The position numbers and the translations under genes were made by a program. The notes under the pieces were generated by a model, which saw only the letters and a list, made by a program, of their open reading frames with translations, had not been told where the DNA came from and did no database searches. DNA of 64,000 nt. It comes from Patescibacteria group bacterium (lineage in GTDB: Bacteria > Patescibacteriota > Microgenomatia > UBA8517). This document shows, piece by piece, positions 38,718 to 49,348 of the stretch. The stretch spans positions 244,728 to 308,727 of the forward strand of contig AP024680.1 in NCBI GenBank assembly GCA_025999275.1, given 5' to 3'. The stretch's first letter is position 1; every line of letters starts with the position of its first letter.

Positions 38718-40184
38718 TTCCTCTTTCATTTTTTGTACCTCTTTTATGAGCGCCTCTTTCTCGTTTGGTATTTTTTTACTGACAACTTTCTCGAAAAGAT
38801 ACTCTAGTACTTCACCAACTTTTGGCCCTGGTTTTATGTTTAGTATTCTCATTACATCATTGCCGTCTATTTTTAAATCTCTGACAGTAAATGGTTGTTT
38901 TTGGACTTCAATTAGTCTTCTTTTAAATTCTTCCAGTCTCCAACTTGTTTCTTTTGCGCCGCTTCCAAGTCTGTCCCCAACTCTTATGTCGATCATATCT
39001 TTGATATTTTCTACCCCCACTTCTCTGATAAACCTTCTAATTGCAGAATCGGTTTGTCTTTCGTCTACTGTGAATTGGTGATAGCGAACCAATCTATACA
39101 ATTTATCTTTCTGTTTGTTGGACAGTCTTAATCTGTCAGCAATGCGGTTTGCGATTTTGGCTCCGACGATTTCGTGATTATAAAAAGTAATTGTGCCATT
39201 TTCTAATTTCTTGTATGTGTGGTATTTGCCAAGGTCATGAATTAAGGAGGCTAGTCTTGTTATTGGATCAGTATTTCTCAAAGCAGTGTATTTAAGAGTC
39301 ATAAGGCTATGAGTTCCAACATCATAAATGTGATGTCTGTTTGGTGATACTTGATCAATTCCAAAAGTTTTTTCGAGTTCAGGCAGAATTATATTCATGA
39401 GTCCTGATTCTTTTAAGAGTAAAATTCCTTCATAAGGATGCTCTGAGGCAAGAATTTTAAACAGTTCGTCCCTGATTCTTTCATTGGCAATTTTTTTTAT
39501 TAGACTAGCATTTTTCCTAATTGCCTCGAGTGTATTTTTTTCTATCTTGAAGTTTAGTTCAGCTGCTATTCTTACAGCTCTTGCCATTCTTAATGCATCT
39601 TCAGAAAAACGTTCGTCTGGATCTCCGACACAGCGAATAAGCTTTTTTTCTAAATCTTTTTGACCTCCGTAAAGATCGATGAGAGTAGAAGAGTACAAGA
39701 GCGGGAGAGCGGGAGAGTAGAAAGACGGGAGAGTAGGAGTTTTGTTTTTTTGTTTCTTACTTTCTTCTACTCTTCTACTCTCCTGCTCTAGTTTCAGTGC
39801 CATTGCGTTTATGGTGAAATCTCTTCTTTTGAGATCTTCTTCTAGTGTTTTCCCCCATCTAACTTCCTTTGGGTGTCTTCTATCGTCATATTGTTTTTCA
39901 GTTCTGAAAGTTGTTATTTCATAAGGTTTTTCCCCTTCTATTTCGTTTGGAATTCCTACGGTCCCAAACTCATTGTTATAATAAGCCTCAGGAAACATTT
40001 TAAGCATTTGTTCTGGGGTAGCGTTTGTTGTAAAATCCCAATCATAGACTCTTCTGCCGGTGAGCATATCTCTTACTGCTCCACCAACGATATAAATTTC
40101 AAAGTTGTTCTCTTCAAATTTTTTTACAATGTCGATGACTTTTTCTGGTAATTTAATTTCCATCCTGATATTATTATACTTCAA
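38709..40184 (-). CDS. cca: CCA-adding tRNA nucleotidyltransferase with C-terminal HD domain
   Basis: Pol-beta head IVGGAVRD...DWDF, neck RRDFTINAMA and an HD domain (HDLGK, H...D). Carries a ~30-aa insertion encoded by a palindromic repeat segment. Confidence 0.8.
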   Translation of the reverse strand: MKYNNIRMEIKLPEKVIDIVKKFEENNFEIYIVGGAVRDMLTGRRVYDWDFTTNATPEQMLKMFPEAYYNNEFGTVGIPNEIEGEKPYEITTFRTEKQYDDRRHPKEVRWGKTLEEDLKRRDFTINAMALKLEQESRRVEESKKQKNKTPTLPSFYSPALPLLYSSTLIDLYGGQKDLEKKLIRCVGDPDERFSEDALRMARAVRIAAELNFKIEKNTLEAIRKNASLIKKIANERIRDELFKILASEHPYEGILLLKESGLMNIILPELEKTFGIDQVSPNRHHIYDVGTHSLMTLKYTALRNTDPITRLASLIHDLGKYHTYKKLENGTITFYNHEIVGAKIANRIADRLRLSNKQKDKLYRLVRYHQFTVDERQTDSAIRRFIREVGVENIKDMIDIRVGDRLGSGAKETSWRLEEFKRRLIEVQKQPFTVRDLKIDGNDVMRILNIKPGPKVGEVLEYLFEKVVSKKIPNEKEALIKEVQKMKEELS

Positions 40185-40186
40185 TT

Positions 40187-41878
40187 ATGGCTATTAAGGG
40201 TATTTCGGGCAGAATTTGGCAGGTTAGATCGGTTTTGAGATCAGAGTCTAAAATAGATTTAAATAAAATAATTTCTTTGCTTCTTAAAAATCGTGGAATT
40301 GAAGGCAAGGTAGACCAAGAGAATTTTCTCAACCCACCTCATCCCTCAAAGCTTAAGGCAATTGATTTTGATTTGAATGAAGGAGATATTAAAAAAGCAA
40401 TTTCAGTGATGAATAACAAGAAAGAAGAGGGTAAAAAGATAATTATTTATGGTGATTACGATGCTGATGGGATAACGGGATCGGCTATTTTGTGGGAAGC
40501 TCTTTATTCCCGTGGTTTTGATGTTTTGCCTTATATACCTGATAGGGCTAAGGAGGGTTATGGAATAAGAAGCGAGAGTGTTGCCAAACTTAAGAAAAAA
40601 TACACTGATTTGGGTATGATAATTACTGTTGATAATGGAATAACTTCTTTTGATGAAGTGGGAAGGGTAAAAGAAATGGGTATTGATGTAATTATTGTTG
40701 ATCATCATAAAAAGGATAGGAAATTACCACCAGCGGATGTTATTGTCCATAGTGATAAAGTTGCTGGTTGTGGTGTTTCTTGGTTTTTGTCACAGTGTTT
40801 GAAAAAGGAGATTAGGGCTAAAAATTCTTTTTATGATAACGATGGGCTTGATCTCTTGGTGATTGGAACCATTGCAGACCAGATGGATTTGACTGGTATT
40901 AATCGCAGTTTGGTCAAACATGGAATAAGAGCTCTTAATGAAACTAAACGTAAGGGTTTACTTGAGGTTTTTAAAGAAGCAGGAATAAAGAGGGGTGGTA
41001 TTGGTACTTATGAAATTAATTATGTAATTGCTCCGAGAATAAATGCTATGGGAAGGATTTCTCATGCAATGGATTCTTTAAGACTTTTGTGCACAAAAGA
41101 CCAAGAGAAGGCGAGGGAATTGGCATTACACTTGGGTAGAATTAACAAAGAAAGACAGAAAATGGTGGATGAGCTTTTGGTTAAATCCAAGGAAAAGGCA
41201 GAAAAGGAACTTGAGAATAAAGCATTGGTGATTGTAGGTAGAGATTATAATGAAGGTATTATAGGTCTGGTGGCAGGTAAATTGGTTGAAGAGTTCTATC
41301 GTCCTACAGTTGTTATATCCAAGAGGAAAGGAATATCTAAGGCTTCTGCTAGATCTGTATCAGGTTTTGATATTACTGAAGAACTAAGGCAGTGGGAAGA
41401 AATTTTTGAGTCTCTTGGGGGGCATCCAATGGCAGCAGGTTTTTCTATTGAAACAGGAAAAATTGGCGATTTTAAGAAAAAATTTATTAATTATGCCAAT
41501 AAGACTATAGATAAAAGTATTTTAGAGCCTAGGTTATTAATAGATATGAAGATTGATTTTGATCTTATTGATGATAAGTTGGTGGAAATACTTCTTGCTT
41601 TTGAACCTTTGGGAATGGGCAATCCATCCCCTCTTTTTCTAGCTGAAAAAGTTAGGATTGTTGATATCAAAAAAATTGGTCAGGATGGTAAGCATTTGAA
41701 GTTTGTACTATCACAATCAGATAAGATTTTTGAAGCAGTTGCTTTTGGATTTGGAAACTTAGAATTAGTTGAAATCAAACCTAATTCTTTCTTGGATATT
41801 GTGTTTAGTGTTGGAAAGAATTTATGGAATGGCTTTGAAAGCATCCAATTAAATGTAAAAGATTTGGGGATAAATTAA
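40187..41878 (+). CDS. recJ: Single-stranded-DNA-specific exonuclease RecJ
   Basis: DHH motifs IIIYGDYDADGITG, VIIVDHH and DHHA1 GGHPMAAG. Confidence 0.85.
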   Translation: MAIKGISGRIWQVRSVLRSESKIDLNKIISLLLKNRGIEGKVDQENFLNPPHPSKLKAIDFDLNEGDIKKAISVMNNKKEEGKKIIIYGDYDADGITGSAILWEALYSRGFDVLPYIPDRAKEGYGIRSESVAKLKKKYTDLGMIITVDNGITSFDEVGRVKEMGIDVIIVDHHKKDRKLPPADVIVHSDKVAGCGVSWFLSQCLKKEIRAKNSFYDNDGLDLLVIGTIADQMDLTGINRSLVKHGIRALNETKRKGLLEVFKEAGIKRGGIGTYEINYVIAPRINAMGRISHAMDSLRLLCTKDQEKARELALHLGRINKERQKMVDELLVKSKEKAEKELENKALVIVGRDYNEGIIGLVAGKLVEEFYRPTVVISKRKGISKASARSVSGFDITEELRQWEEIFESLGGHPMAAGFSIETGKIGDFKKKFINYANKTIDKSILEPRLLIDMKIDFDLIDDKLVEILLAFEPLGMGNPSPLFLAEKVRIVDIKKIGQDGKHLKFVLSQSDKIFEAVAFGFGNLELVEIKPNSFLDIVFSVGKNLWNGFESIQLNVKDLGIN

Positions 41879-41879
41879 T

Positions 41880-43358
41880 ATGGAAGAAGATTTTTTAAAA
41901 CTAAAAAGATCACTGGAATTGAATAAAGAAGGAGAAGCGCTTCTTAATAAAGCTTGGGGATTTGCCAAAAATGCTCATAAAGACCAAAAGCGATTTTCTG
42001 GCGACCCTTACGTAACCCACCCTCTGGAAACAGCATTGATACTAGCTGATTGGAAGCTTGATTTAACAACCGTAATTGCTGGAATTCTTCATGATGTGGT
42101 TGAGGATGCTGGTGTTACTTTAGAGGAAATAAGGTCTCTATTTGGAGAGGATGTGTCTAGTTTGGTTAATGGGGTTACTAGGGTATCTAAGATAAAATTG
42201 AGGGGTTCAAAAGAAGAAGAATTTGTAGAGAATTTGCGTAAGATGTTTCTTTCTATGGCAAGAGATTTACGTGTAGTTTTTATAAAACTTGCCGATAGGT
42301 TGCATAATATGAGAACACTATGGGCTTTACCTCCTGATAGGCAGAAAAAAATTGCCACTGAAACACTTGAGATTTATGCACCTCTTGCTGAAAGATTGGG
42401 AATGGGTGAGGTCAAAGGAACACTTGAAGATCTTGCCTTTTTTTATCTTTATCCTGATGAATACAAAAATTTAGTTAGAGTCTCAAAGCCCTACTACTCT
42501 CAGGCGGAAGAGGTAATTAAGATTATGAGACAGAAGCTACTGCGTTATTTGGCTGAGGAAAAAATATCTGTGATATTACAGTCAAGAAAAAAACATCTTT
42601 ACTCTCTGTGGACAAAACTTAAAAGACCAGAGATAAGAGGTGATTTTGGCAAGATTTACGATATTGTTGCTTTAAGAGTAATAGTTGAAGATGATAATAT
42701 TCCAGCGTGTTATTCTACTTTGGGGATAATTCATAGCTTTTATAAGCCAGTTCCTTATCTTGGAATTTCTGATTTTATTGCTCAGCCTAAGCCGAACGGT
42801 TATCGCTCAATTCACACAAAAGTATTTGGCCCCAAGGGTAAGATTGTAGAAATTCAAGTTAGAACAGAGAGAATGCATGAGGAAGCAGAACACGGACTTG
42901 CTGCTCACTGGGCTTATGGTGAGAAGAAGGCCAAGGGGGAAGGTGATGATTTATTAGAAAAAAGAGGTGTTTTTGTCCCAAAAGAGAAAATGGCCTGGGT
43001 AAATCAACTGGTTCTTTGGCAAAAAGAGATTGTTGATTCCAAAGAATATCTAAACGCTGTTAAGTTTGATGCCCTAAGTCATAGAAATTTTGTTTTCTCA
43101 CCAGCTGGAGATGTTTATGATTTACCTGTTGGGGCAACTCCTGTTGATTTTGCTTATGCTGTTCATACAGACATGGGTGGTTTTATTAAAGGGGCAAAAG
43201 TAAATGGTAAAATGGTTCCTCTTGATTATAAACTTAAGAGTGGTGATGTGGTTGAGATTATCAAGAGTAAGAATCATCAGAAACCCAGATCGGATTGGTT
43301 GGATTTTGTTGTGACTAGTTTGGCAAAAAAAGAGATTAGAAAAGCACTTAAGGAATAA
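41880..43358 (+). CDS. relA: Bifunctional (p)ppGpp synthetase/hydrolase RelA/SpoT homolog, short form without ACT domain
   Basis: HD hydrolase HDVVEDAG, synthetase domain DIVALRVIV...YRSIHTKV and TGS domain FSPAGDVYDLPVGATPVDFAYAVHTDMG. Confidence 0.85.
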   Translation: MEEDFLKLKRSLELNKEGEALLNKAWGFAKNAHKDQKRFSGDPYVTHPLETALILADWKLDLTTVIAGILHDVVEDAGVTLEEIRSLFGEDVSSLVNGVTRVSKIKLRGSKEEEFVENLRKMFLSMARDLRVVFIKLADRLHNMRTLWALPPDRQKKIATETLEIYAPLAERLGMGEVKGTLEDLAFFYLYPDEYKNLVRVSKPYYSQAEEVIKIMRQKLLRYLAEEKISVILQSRKKHLYSLWTKLKRPEIRGDFGKIYDIVALRVIVEDDNIPACYSTLGIIHSFYKPVPYLGISDFIAQPKPNGYRSIHTKVFGPKGKIVEIQVRTERMHEEAEHGLAAHWAYGEKKAKGEGDDLLEKRGVFVPKEKMAWVNQLVLWQKEIVDSKEYLNAVKFDALSHRNFVFSPAGDVYDLPVGATPVDFAYAVHTDMGGFIKGAKVNGKMVPLDYKLKSGDVVEIIKSKNHQKPRSDWLDFVVTSLAKKEIRKALKE

Positions 43359-43445
43359 TTTCAAGGTCGGGGTGGAATTGTATTTGCAAGCCGGTTTTTC
43401 TGCTTATTGTAAGAGTTTATTTTTAAGTTTAAAATATCTTGAAAT

Positions 43446-44843
43446 ATGGCAGGCAAAAGAACATTGATAGGGGAGACTCCTGATCTGGTTGGTAAAAAAG
43501 TTAGTCTTTTGGGTTGGGTCAACTCGATCAGAGATCATGGCAAATTGGCCTTTGTTGATTTAAGAGATAGAACTGGCATTGTTCAGTGTGTTACTAACTT
43601 TCTACCTAAACTTACAATCGAATCGGTGGCTGAAGTTTTGGGTGTTGTAAAAGAAAGGCCGGAGAAATTGATTAACCCAAACCTCAAAACAGGAAAGATA
43701 GAGGTTGAAGTTGAAGATATTAAGATTATAAGTTTGGCGCAGGAATTACCCTTGCCGATTGAAGGTGATGGCTTTGATATAGAAGAGTCAACTCGCCTTA
43801 AATATCGGTATCTTGATCTAAGGAGGAAGAGGATGGCTGAGAATATCAGGACCCGTTTTAAGGTATTGCAATTTATCAGGAACTGGCTTTTTGAAAGAGA
43901 TTTTGTGGAAATCGAAACACCTATCTTGACTAAGACTACTCCTGAGGGGGCTCGGGATTTTATTGTTCCTTCACGCTTGCAGCCAGGAAAGTTTTATGCT
44001 CTTCCACAGTCGCCTCAGCAGTATAAACAGCTTTTAATGGTTGCTGGTTTTGAGAACTATTTTCAAATTGCTCGTTGTTTTCGAGATGAGGATCCAAGAG
44101 CAGATAGAGCTTATGGAGAGTTTACTCAGCTTGATATGGAAATGAGTTTTGTGACCCAGGATGACATCCTTGTTTTAGTTGAAGAAATGTTTACTGAGAT
44201 GATAGAAACTCTTTTTCCCAACAAAAGGATTTTACAAAAACCATGGCCAAGAATACCTCATAGGGAGGCTATTGAAAAATACCAAAGTGACAAACCAGAT
44301 CTAAGGAAAAATAAAAATGATCCTGATGAGCTGGCTTTTGCTTGGATAGTTGATTTCCCTCTATTTAATAAGCAAACAAAGGAGGACTTTTATTATGGAT
44401 CGGGAAAGTCAGTCTGGGCCCCTTCACACCACATGTTTACTGCTCCTCATCCTGAAGATATTCCGCTTCTTGATTCCGACCCTGGCAAGGTTAGGGGTCT
44501 GCAACATGACCTGGTCTTAAATGGTTTTGAAGTTGGCGGAGGTAGCATTAGAATTCATCAGCCGGAGATCCAAGAGAAGGTTTTTGATTTGATTGGTTTT
44601 ACTGAAGAACAAAAATTGCAATTTGACCATATGCTAACTGCCTTTAGATATGGTGTTCCTCCGCATGGAGGTATAGCCCCAGGGATTGATAGACTTTTAA
44701 TGGTTATTTTGGGTCAACCTAGTTTAAGAGAGGTAATTGCATTTCCAATGTCTTCTAGTGGCACTACAGCAGTTTTAGATGCCCCAAGTGATGCAACTGA
44801 AGAACAGCTCCAAGAGTTGGGGATTAAAGTGACTAAAAAATAG
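43446..44843 (+). CDS. aspS: Aspartate--tRNA ligase, compact archaeal-type length
   Basis: N-terminal OB fold. Class II motifs FRDEDPRADR, GGGSIRIH and GIDRL. No GAD insertion domain. Confidence 0.85.
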   Translation: MAGKRTLIGETPDLVGKKVSLLGWVNSIRDHGKLAFVDLRDRTGIVQCVTNFLPKLTIESVAEVLGVVKERPEKLINPNLKTGKIEVEVEDIKIISLAQELPLPIEGDGFDIEESTRLKYRYLDLRRKRMAENIRTRFKVLQFIRNWLFERDFVEIETPILTKTTPEGARDFIVPSRLQPGKFYALPQSPQQYKQLLMVAGFENYFQIARCFRDEDPRADRAYGEFTQLDMEMSFVTQDDILVLVEEMFTEMIETLFPNKRILQKPWPRIPHREAIEKYQSDKPDLRKNKNDPDELAFAWIVDFPLFNKQTKEDFYYGSGKSVWAPSHHMFTAPHPEDIPLLDSDPGKVRGLQHDLVLNGFEVGGGSIRIHQPEIQEKVFDLIGFTEEQKLQFDHMLTAFRYGVPPHGGIAPGIDRLLMVILGQPSLREVIAFPMSSSGTTAVLDAPSDATEEQLQELGIKVTKK

Positions 44844-45895
44844 TGCTTATGCGTTCTAAAAAGAAAAAGAAAACTTCTAATATTCTTTTGAAAGTTAAAA
44901 AAATTCTCTCCTTGACTAGTTTAAGTATAAACAAAAAAACTTTTTATTCTTCGGATAGTCATTTCTTTTTATTTTTTTTGGCCTCAACTTGTTTTTTGAT
45001 TTCATTATTTTTGATCGTCGTTTTTCCCAAGAGTGTTAGGAAAGTATCTCACGGTGAAGTTTTATCTTTACAAATGGATTACAAAAGAATTCCACTTAAA
45101 GATAGAGTTTTTGTCTTAAAACCAGTTCTTAAAAATGGAGTATTTTCCTTTCCCATTCTTTCCGCTCAATCGGTAATAGGTTTAGATCTGGATACTAATG
45201 TAACTTTATACGAGAAAAATCCAGATTTACCTGTTTTACCTGCTTCAATCACAAAGTTGGTGACAGCAATGGTTGCGCTTGAGTCTTTTGATAAAAATGC
45301 TTTATTTTCTTTTAACGGTGAGTATATAGACGGACAAAAAATGGGTCTTTTAAAGGGGGAAAGAATGAAAGTTATTGATTTAATAAATGCACTTTTGGTT
45401 TATTCTGCTAATGATGCTGCCTATCTTTTGGCTGAAAATTACCCAGGTGGAGTTGAAGCATTTGTTCAAGCTATGAATGAAAAGGCTGCAAGTTTGGGGG
45501 CTTTAAACACCCATTTTGAAAACCCTACTGGTTTTGACGGTCAAAACCATAAAACTACAGCCTCAGATTTGATGTTAATTAGCAAGGCAGCTATTGATAA
45601 TCCTGATATTTTAGATATTGTGAAGAAAAAAGAAATAGATTTGGTTAGTTCTGATGGTAAGATAAGACATAATCTTAAAAATACTAACAAGCTTTTAGGT
45701 ATTTTAGATGGGGTAGTTGGCCTAAAAACTGGATGGACTGAAAATGCTCGAGAAAATCTTGTTACATACTTTGTTAAAGATAATCACCATCTTTTGATAG
45801 TTCTTCTTGGTAGTCAGGATAGATTTGGAGAAACAAAAGAGCTTATAGACTGGATCTTTTCAAGCTATGATTGGCTTTGGGTTGAGGCAAAGTAA
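44843..45895 (+). CDS. D-alanyl-D-alanine carboxypeptidase (S11, PBP5/6-like)
   Basis: SxxK ASITK, SxN YSANDAA and KTG LKTGWT. N-terminal TM anchor. Confidence 0.75.
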   Translation: MLMRSKKKKKTSNILLKVKKILSLTSLSINKKTFYSSDSHFFLFFLASTCFLISLFLIVVFPKSVRKVSHGEVLSLQMDYKRIPLKDRVFVLKPVLKNGVFSFPILSAQSVIGLDLDTNVTLYEKNPDLPVLPASITKLVTAMVALESFDKNALFSFNGEYIDGQKMGLLKGERMKVIDLINALLVYSANDAAYLLAENYPGGVEAFVQAMNEKAASLGALNTHFENPTGFDGQNHKTTASDLMLISKAAIDNPDILDIVKKKEIDLVSSDGKIRHNLKNTNKLLGILDGVVGLKTGWTENARENLVTYFVKDNHHLLIVLLGSQDRFGETKELIDWIFSSYDWLWVEAK

Positions 45896-45919
45896 TTGGA
45901 CAGGGTCCGACCCTTTCCA

Positions 45920-46966
45920 TTATTCTCCATAATATTGACTGGTTACAGCTGGTAGGTAGGCTTTGAAATCTCTATCTCCCTCAAAAACTACGACTGGTTG
46001 ATAGAAATCTGTCTGAACGCCAGCATCGTAATATGCAAGGTAAATTCTTCTTATTGTTATTTGTTGATCTTGATTTTCACCAAGGTTAGCAATGTAGGCT
46101 TTTTGATTTTGCAATTCTTCCCAGGCTTGTTGTGCAGTTTTGATTGGGTAGGTTGCATATTTTGATTCATCAATTGGAAAATAATGATATTCACCAGCTA
46201 CTATTTCTTTCTCTCTTTGAGTTTCTCCACTAACAATTAACCAAACATTGGCTTCTTTAGGGTTGGGAGTTACAGCAGGGTAATTATCGTAGTCTTTTCT
46301 GTAAAAATTTACTTTGACAAAATTTGCTTCAGATAGAGAATTAGCACCAATTATTTTATTTCCTTCTAGCCTGACTGGTTCAGTGACGGTTGGGCCAGTG
46401 AGATCTTTTGCTAACAGATTTGCTCTTGATAGAAAAGATCTTGCTTTACTAGCGGCAACTTCTGGCACTGGTGGTCTTTTATCAAGTGGAGAGGGGTCTT
46501 CAGATAGATTATAGCTTATGGAAAATATGCCGGTGGCAATACTTATTTTAAGCTCTGATGGCACTTTTGAACTTTTAAATGAATAAACTGTTTCAGTAAT
46601 CTGTGATTGTTCACCATCAAAATTTAGATTGAGTGCTTTCTTTTGGGTTTGATCAAGGGATAGAAGGGTGGGTGAAATCTTTGGCATAAAGAAAACCTTT
46701 AGGGAATATGGGAATTGGGGCAGGTTTCCAGTTGGTGTTTCAAGTTTGAATTGAAGATTGGTGGGAACGTCTTTTTTGGGAAAAGGAAGAGATGGTAGTT
46801 TGCCAAAAGATACTGTAGGTGGAGGCGGGGGGGCGGGAAAGTAGTGTCTGTAGATTTTGTAGGCAGTAAGAATGACGCCGCGCAGAGCTATAATACCCAT
46901 GATCCCAAAGATTGAATAGCGGATAATTTTTCTGGTTATAATAGAGACTTGGGTAAGCTTGGTCAT
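45920..46966 (-). CDS. Hypothetical membrane-anchored protein with a poly-Pro linker
   Basis: N-terminal TM helix, then APPPPPT followed by a beta-rich remainder. Confidence 0.4.
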   Translation of the reverse strand: MTKLTQVSIITRKIIRYSIFGIMGIIALRGVILTAYKIYRHYFPAPPPPPTVSFGKLPSLPFPKKDVPTNLQFKLETPTGNLPQFPYSLKVFFMPKISPTLLSLDQTQKKALNLNFDGEQSQITETVYSFKSSKVPSELKISIATGIFSISYNLSEDPSPLDKRPPVPEVAASKARSFLSRANLLAKDLTGPTVTEPVRLEGNKIIGANSLSEANFVKVNFYRKDYDNYPAVTPNPKEANVWLIVSGETQREKEIVAGEYHYFPIDESKYATYPIKTAQQAWEELQNQKAYIANLGENQDQQITIRRIYLAYYDAGVQTDFYQPVVVFEGDRDFKAYLPAVTSQYYGE

Positions 46967-47013
46967 AATTATTTTGCCTTTTGAGTATAGCTTGAAGAGG
47001 GGGTATAATTCAA

Positions 47014-48366
47014 TTGTTTATGGTTAGCAAGAAAGTTAGTAAAATTAGGACTCGTTTTGCTCCTAGTCCAACAGGCGATCTTCATATTGGAGGCTTACGG
47101 ACTGCTCTTTACTCTTATGCTTTAGCTAAGCATTTTGGAGGCGATTTTATTTTGAGAATTGAGGACACTGACAAAAAAAGGGAAAAGCAAGGTTCAAAGG
47201 AAAAGATAGTTGAGCTTTTAAAATTATTTGGCCTTAATTGGGATGAATATTATGTGCAGTCAGAAAGAGTAAAAACAGGCATTTACCAGAAAGCTGCTCA
47301 TTTATTGGTTGAAAAGGGACAAGCGTTTTATTGTCAATGTCCTGCCAGGTACTCAAAAAAGGAAAGCTCATCTAATTTATTGCGTGATCCTTGTCGAGAT
47401 TTAAATCTCAGAGAAGGAGCCATAAAACTTAAAGTTCCTGAAAATAAAATAGTTTCTTTTCGTGATTTTGTCTTAAATAAAAAGGTAAGCTGGAATACTT
47501 CAAGCGTTGCTGACACTACGCTTTTGAAATCTGACGGCTTTCCAACTTATCACTTGGCTGCAGTAGTTGATGACCATGAAATGAAAATAACACATGTCTT
47601 AAGAGGTCATGATTGGATGCCTTCAACACCAGTTCATCTTTTAGTTTATGAATATCTGGGTTATAAGCTGCCTGAGATTGGGCATTTAACTGACATTTTG
47701 GATCCTGAGGGGGGTAAGTTGTCGAAAAGGAAAGGATCTGTCTCTTGTCAAGCTTTACTTGATGATGGTTATCTGCCCGAGGCTCTTCTTAATTTTGTAA
47801 TGCTTTTGGGGTGGGCTCCGAAGGATAATCGCGAGCTGTTTAGTCTTGAAGATTTTGTATCTGTATTTGACCCTAATGGTTTTCAAAAAAGTAATCCAGT
47901 TTTTAATCGAGATAAGTTAAATTGGTTTAATGGAGAATATATTAGAAAATTACCATTGGATGACTTAGTTGAAAGGTTGAATAAACTTTATAGAGGTAAG
48001 TATAAAACTTCAAAAATAAAGGAAATCTTACCCTTGGTAAAAGAGAGAATAAGAACACTAAGGGAGTTTGAAAGTTTAGCTGGTTTTTTCTTTGTCAGAC
48101 CCAATGTTGATAAAAGCCTTTTATGTCCAAATTATAAAGAACATCTTTCCTCATGTATTAGTGTATTGGAGAGTGTTTCTTGGGATCTAAATTCGATTAA
48201 CCAATCTCTTATGGATAAAGTTAAAGAAAAGGGTTTTAAGACTGGAGATTTCTTTATGGATTTAAGAATTGCAATTACGGGAAGTAGAGTAACTCCTCCA
48301 ATTAACGAATCTATTATAATTTTAGGTAGAGAAGAGGTCTTGCATAGAATAAAATCTTTAATCTAA
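47014..48366 (+). CDS. gltX: Glutamate--tRNA ligase
   Basis: HIGH-class motif RFAPSPTGDLHIGG and KMSKS-class KLSKR. Class I catalytic core. Confidence 0.85.
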   Translation: MFMVSKKVSKIRTRFAPSPTGDLHIGGLRTALYSYALAKHFGGDFILRIEDTDKKREKQGSKEKIVELLKLFGLNWDEYYVQSERVKTGIYQKAAHLLVEKGQAFYCQCPARYSKKESSSNLLRDPCRDLNLREGAIKLKVPENKIVSFRDFVLNKKVSWNTSSVADTTLLKSDGFPTYHLAAVVDDHEMKITHVLRGHDWMPSTPVHLLVYEYLGYKLPEIGHLTDILDPEGGKLSKRKGSVSCQALLDDGYLPEALLNFVMLLGWAPKDNRELFSLEDFVSVFDPNGFQKSNPVFNRDKLNWFNGEYIRKLPLDDLVERLNKLYRGKYKTSKIKEILPLVKERIRTLREFESLAGFFFVRPNVDKSLLCPNYKEHLSSCISVLESVSWDLNSINQSLMDKVKEKGFKTGDFFMDLRIAITGSRVTPPINESIIILGREEVLHRIKSLI

Positions 48367-49343
48367 TGGGGGGAAAACTGCCTGCACAGACTTATCACCG
48401 AATCCAAAAGGATAAAATTGATTCAGAATTCTATCGCAATAAGCTAAAGCTTAAAAGTTTTGAGGTAGAAAGAAACTTGAAAGAGAAGTATCCTGATTTT
48501 TGGTCATCGCTTAGCAAAAGTGGGCTAGATTTGTCCAAGATTAGAGAGCATTCATCAAGAATCTTGTCTAGTAGCATTTTGGCTGGTGCTCTTCTTTTTT
48601 CTTATCCTCAAGAGAAAATTCAAGGCTTGCCTTCATTTGTCTTTGAGAGAACAAAAGATCAAGATAAAGATTTTTCTGGGGCTAAATTGAGGAATATTTT
48701 GGTTTCAAATTTGGAAGCAATCTTGCCCAAAAGGATTAGGCCACTTTTGCCTCAAGAAGAAGCTCTTTTGGAAAAACTTTTCTCCCAAGTTATGGGTATA
48801 AAAGCAAAAGCTACTCTTGATAGTCAGCATTTGAATACCACTTATGGTTTAATTGGAATAGAGCAACATTTGAGAAGATATCCAGGTGATACTTTAAGAG
48901 ATCATACAAGTGATCTTCTTGTGATTAAAGAAGGAATGGCGCCAGGCCTTGGAGCTTGGGGGTATTTTGCTCCTTCAAAAGAGAAGCTGACCCAAGAGCT
49001 TATCGATATTGAGAAATGGTATGCTGTGGTACAAACGCTTTATCTTCCAGACTGGAACACAAATCAACCATTTTTGAAGAATTGGTATAAGTATAGAAAA
49101 GTTTTGATAGTTAATACTCAAAATGGTCGGGCGGTGGTGGCAGCAATTGCTGATTCTGGCCCTGCTGCCTGGACGGGGAAGAGCTTTGGTGGTAGCCCTG
49201 AAGTAATGAATTATCTTGGTGGTCCTTCATACAAAAAGGGTCCGGTAATTTTGTTCTTTATCGACGAGAGTGAAAGAGAAGTTCCTCTTGGTCCGGTTGA
49301 GTATGACAAAATAGATTTTGGTGATAATTTAATTAAAACTTAA
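48366..49343 (+). CDS. Hypothetical protein with a C-terminal RlpA-like double-psi beta-barrel-like segment
   Basis: LIVNTQNGRAVVAAIADSGPAAW...GGSPEVMNYLG resembles DPBB/RlpA cores. Assignment tentative. Confidence 0.3.
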   Translation: MGGKLPAQTYHRIQKDKIDSEFYRNKLKLKSFEVERNLKEKYPDFWSSLSKSGLDLSKIREHSSRILSSSILAGALLFSYPQEKIQGLPSFVFERTKDQDKDFSGAKLRNILVSNLEAILPKRIRPLLPQEEALLEKLFSQVMGIKAKATLDSQHLNTTYGLIGIEQHLRRYPGDTLRDHTSDLLVIKEGMAPGLGAWGYFAPSKEKLTQELIDIEKWYAVVQTLYLPDWNTNQPFLKNWYKYRKVLIVNTQNGRAVVAAIADSGPAAWTGKSFGGSPEVMNYLGGPSYKKGPVILFFIDESEREVPLGPVEYDKIDFGDNLIKT

Positions 49344-49348
49344 ACTAT

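Noticed and set aside
45895-45925. Possible bidirectional terminator (cagggtccgaccctttcc) between convergent dacA-like and hypothetical genes
   Set aside because: The stem would have a one-nucleotide loop and there is no adjacent U-tract. Too weak to call.
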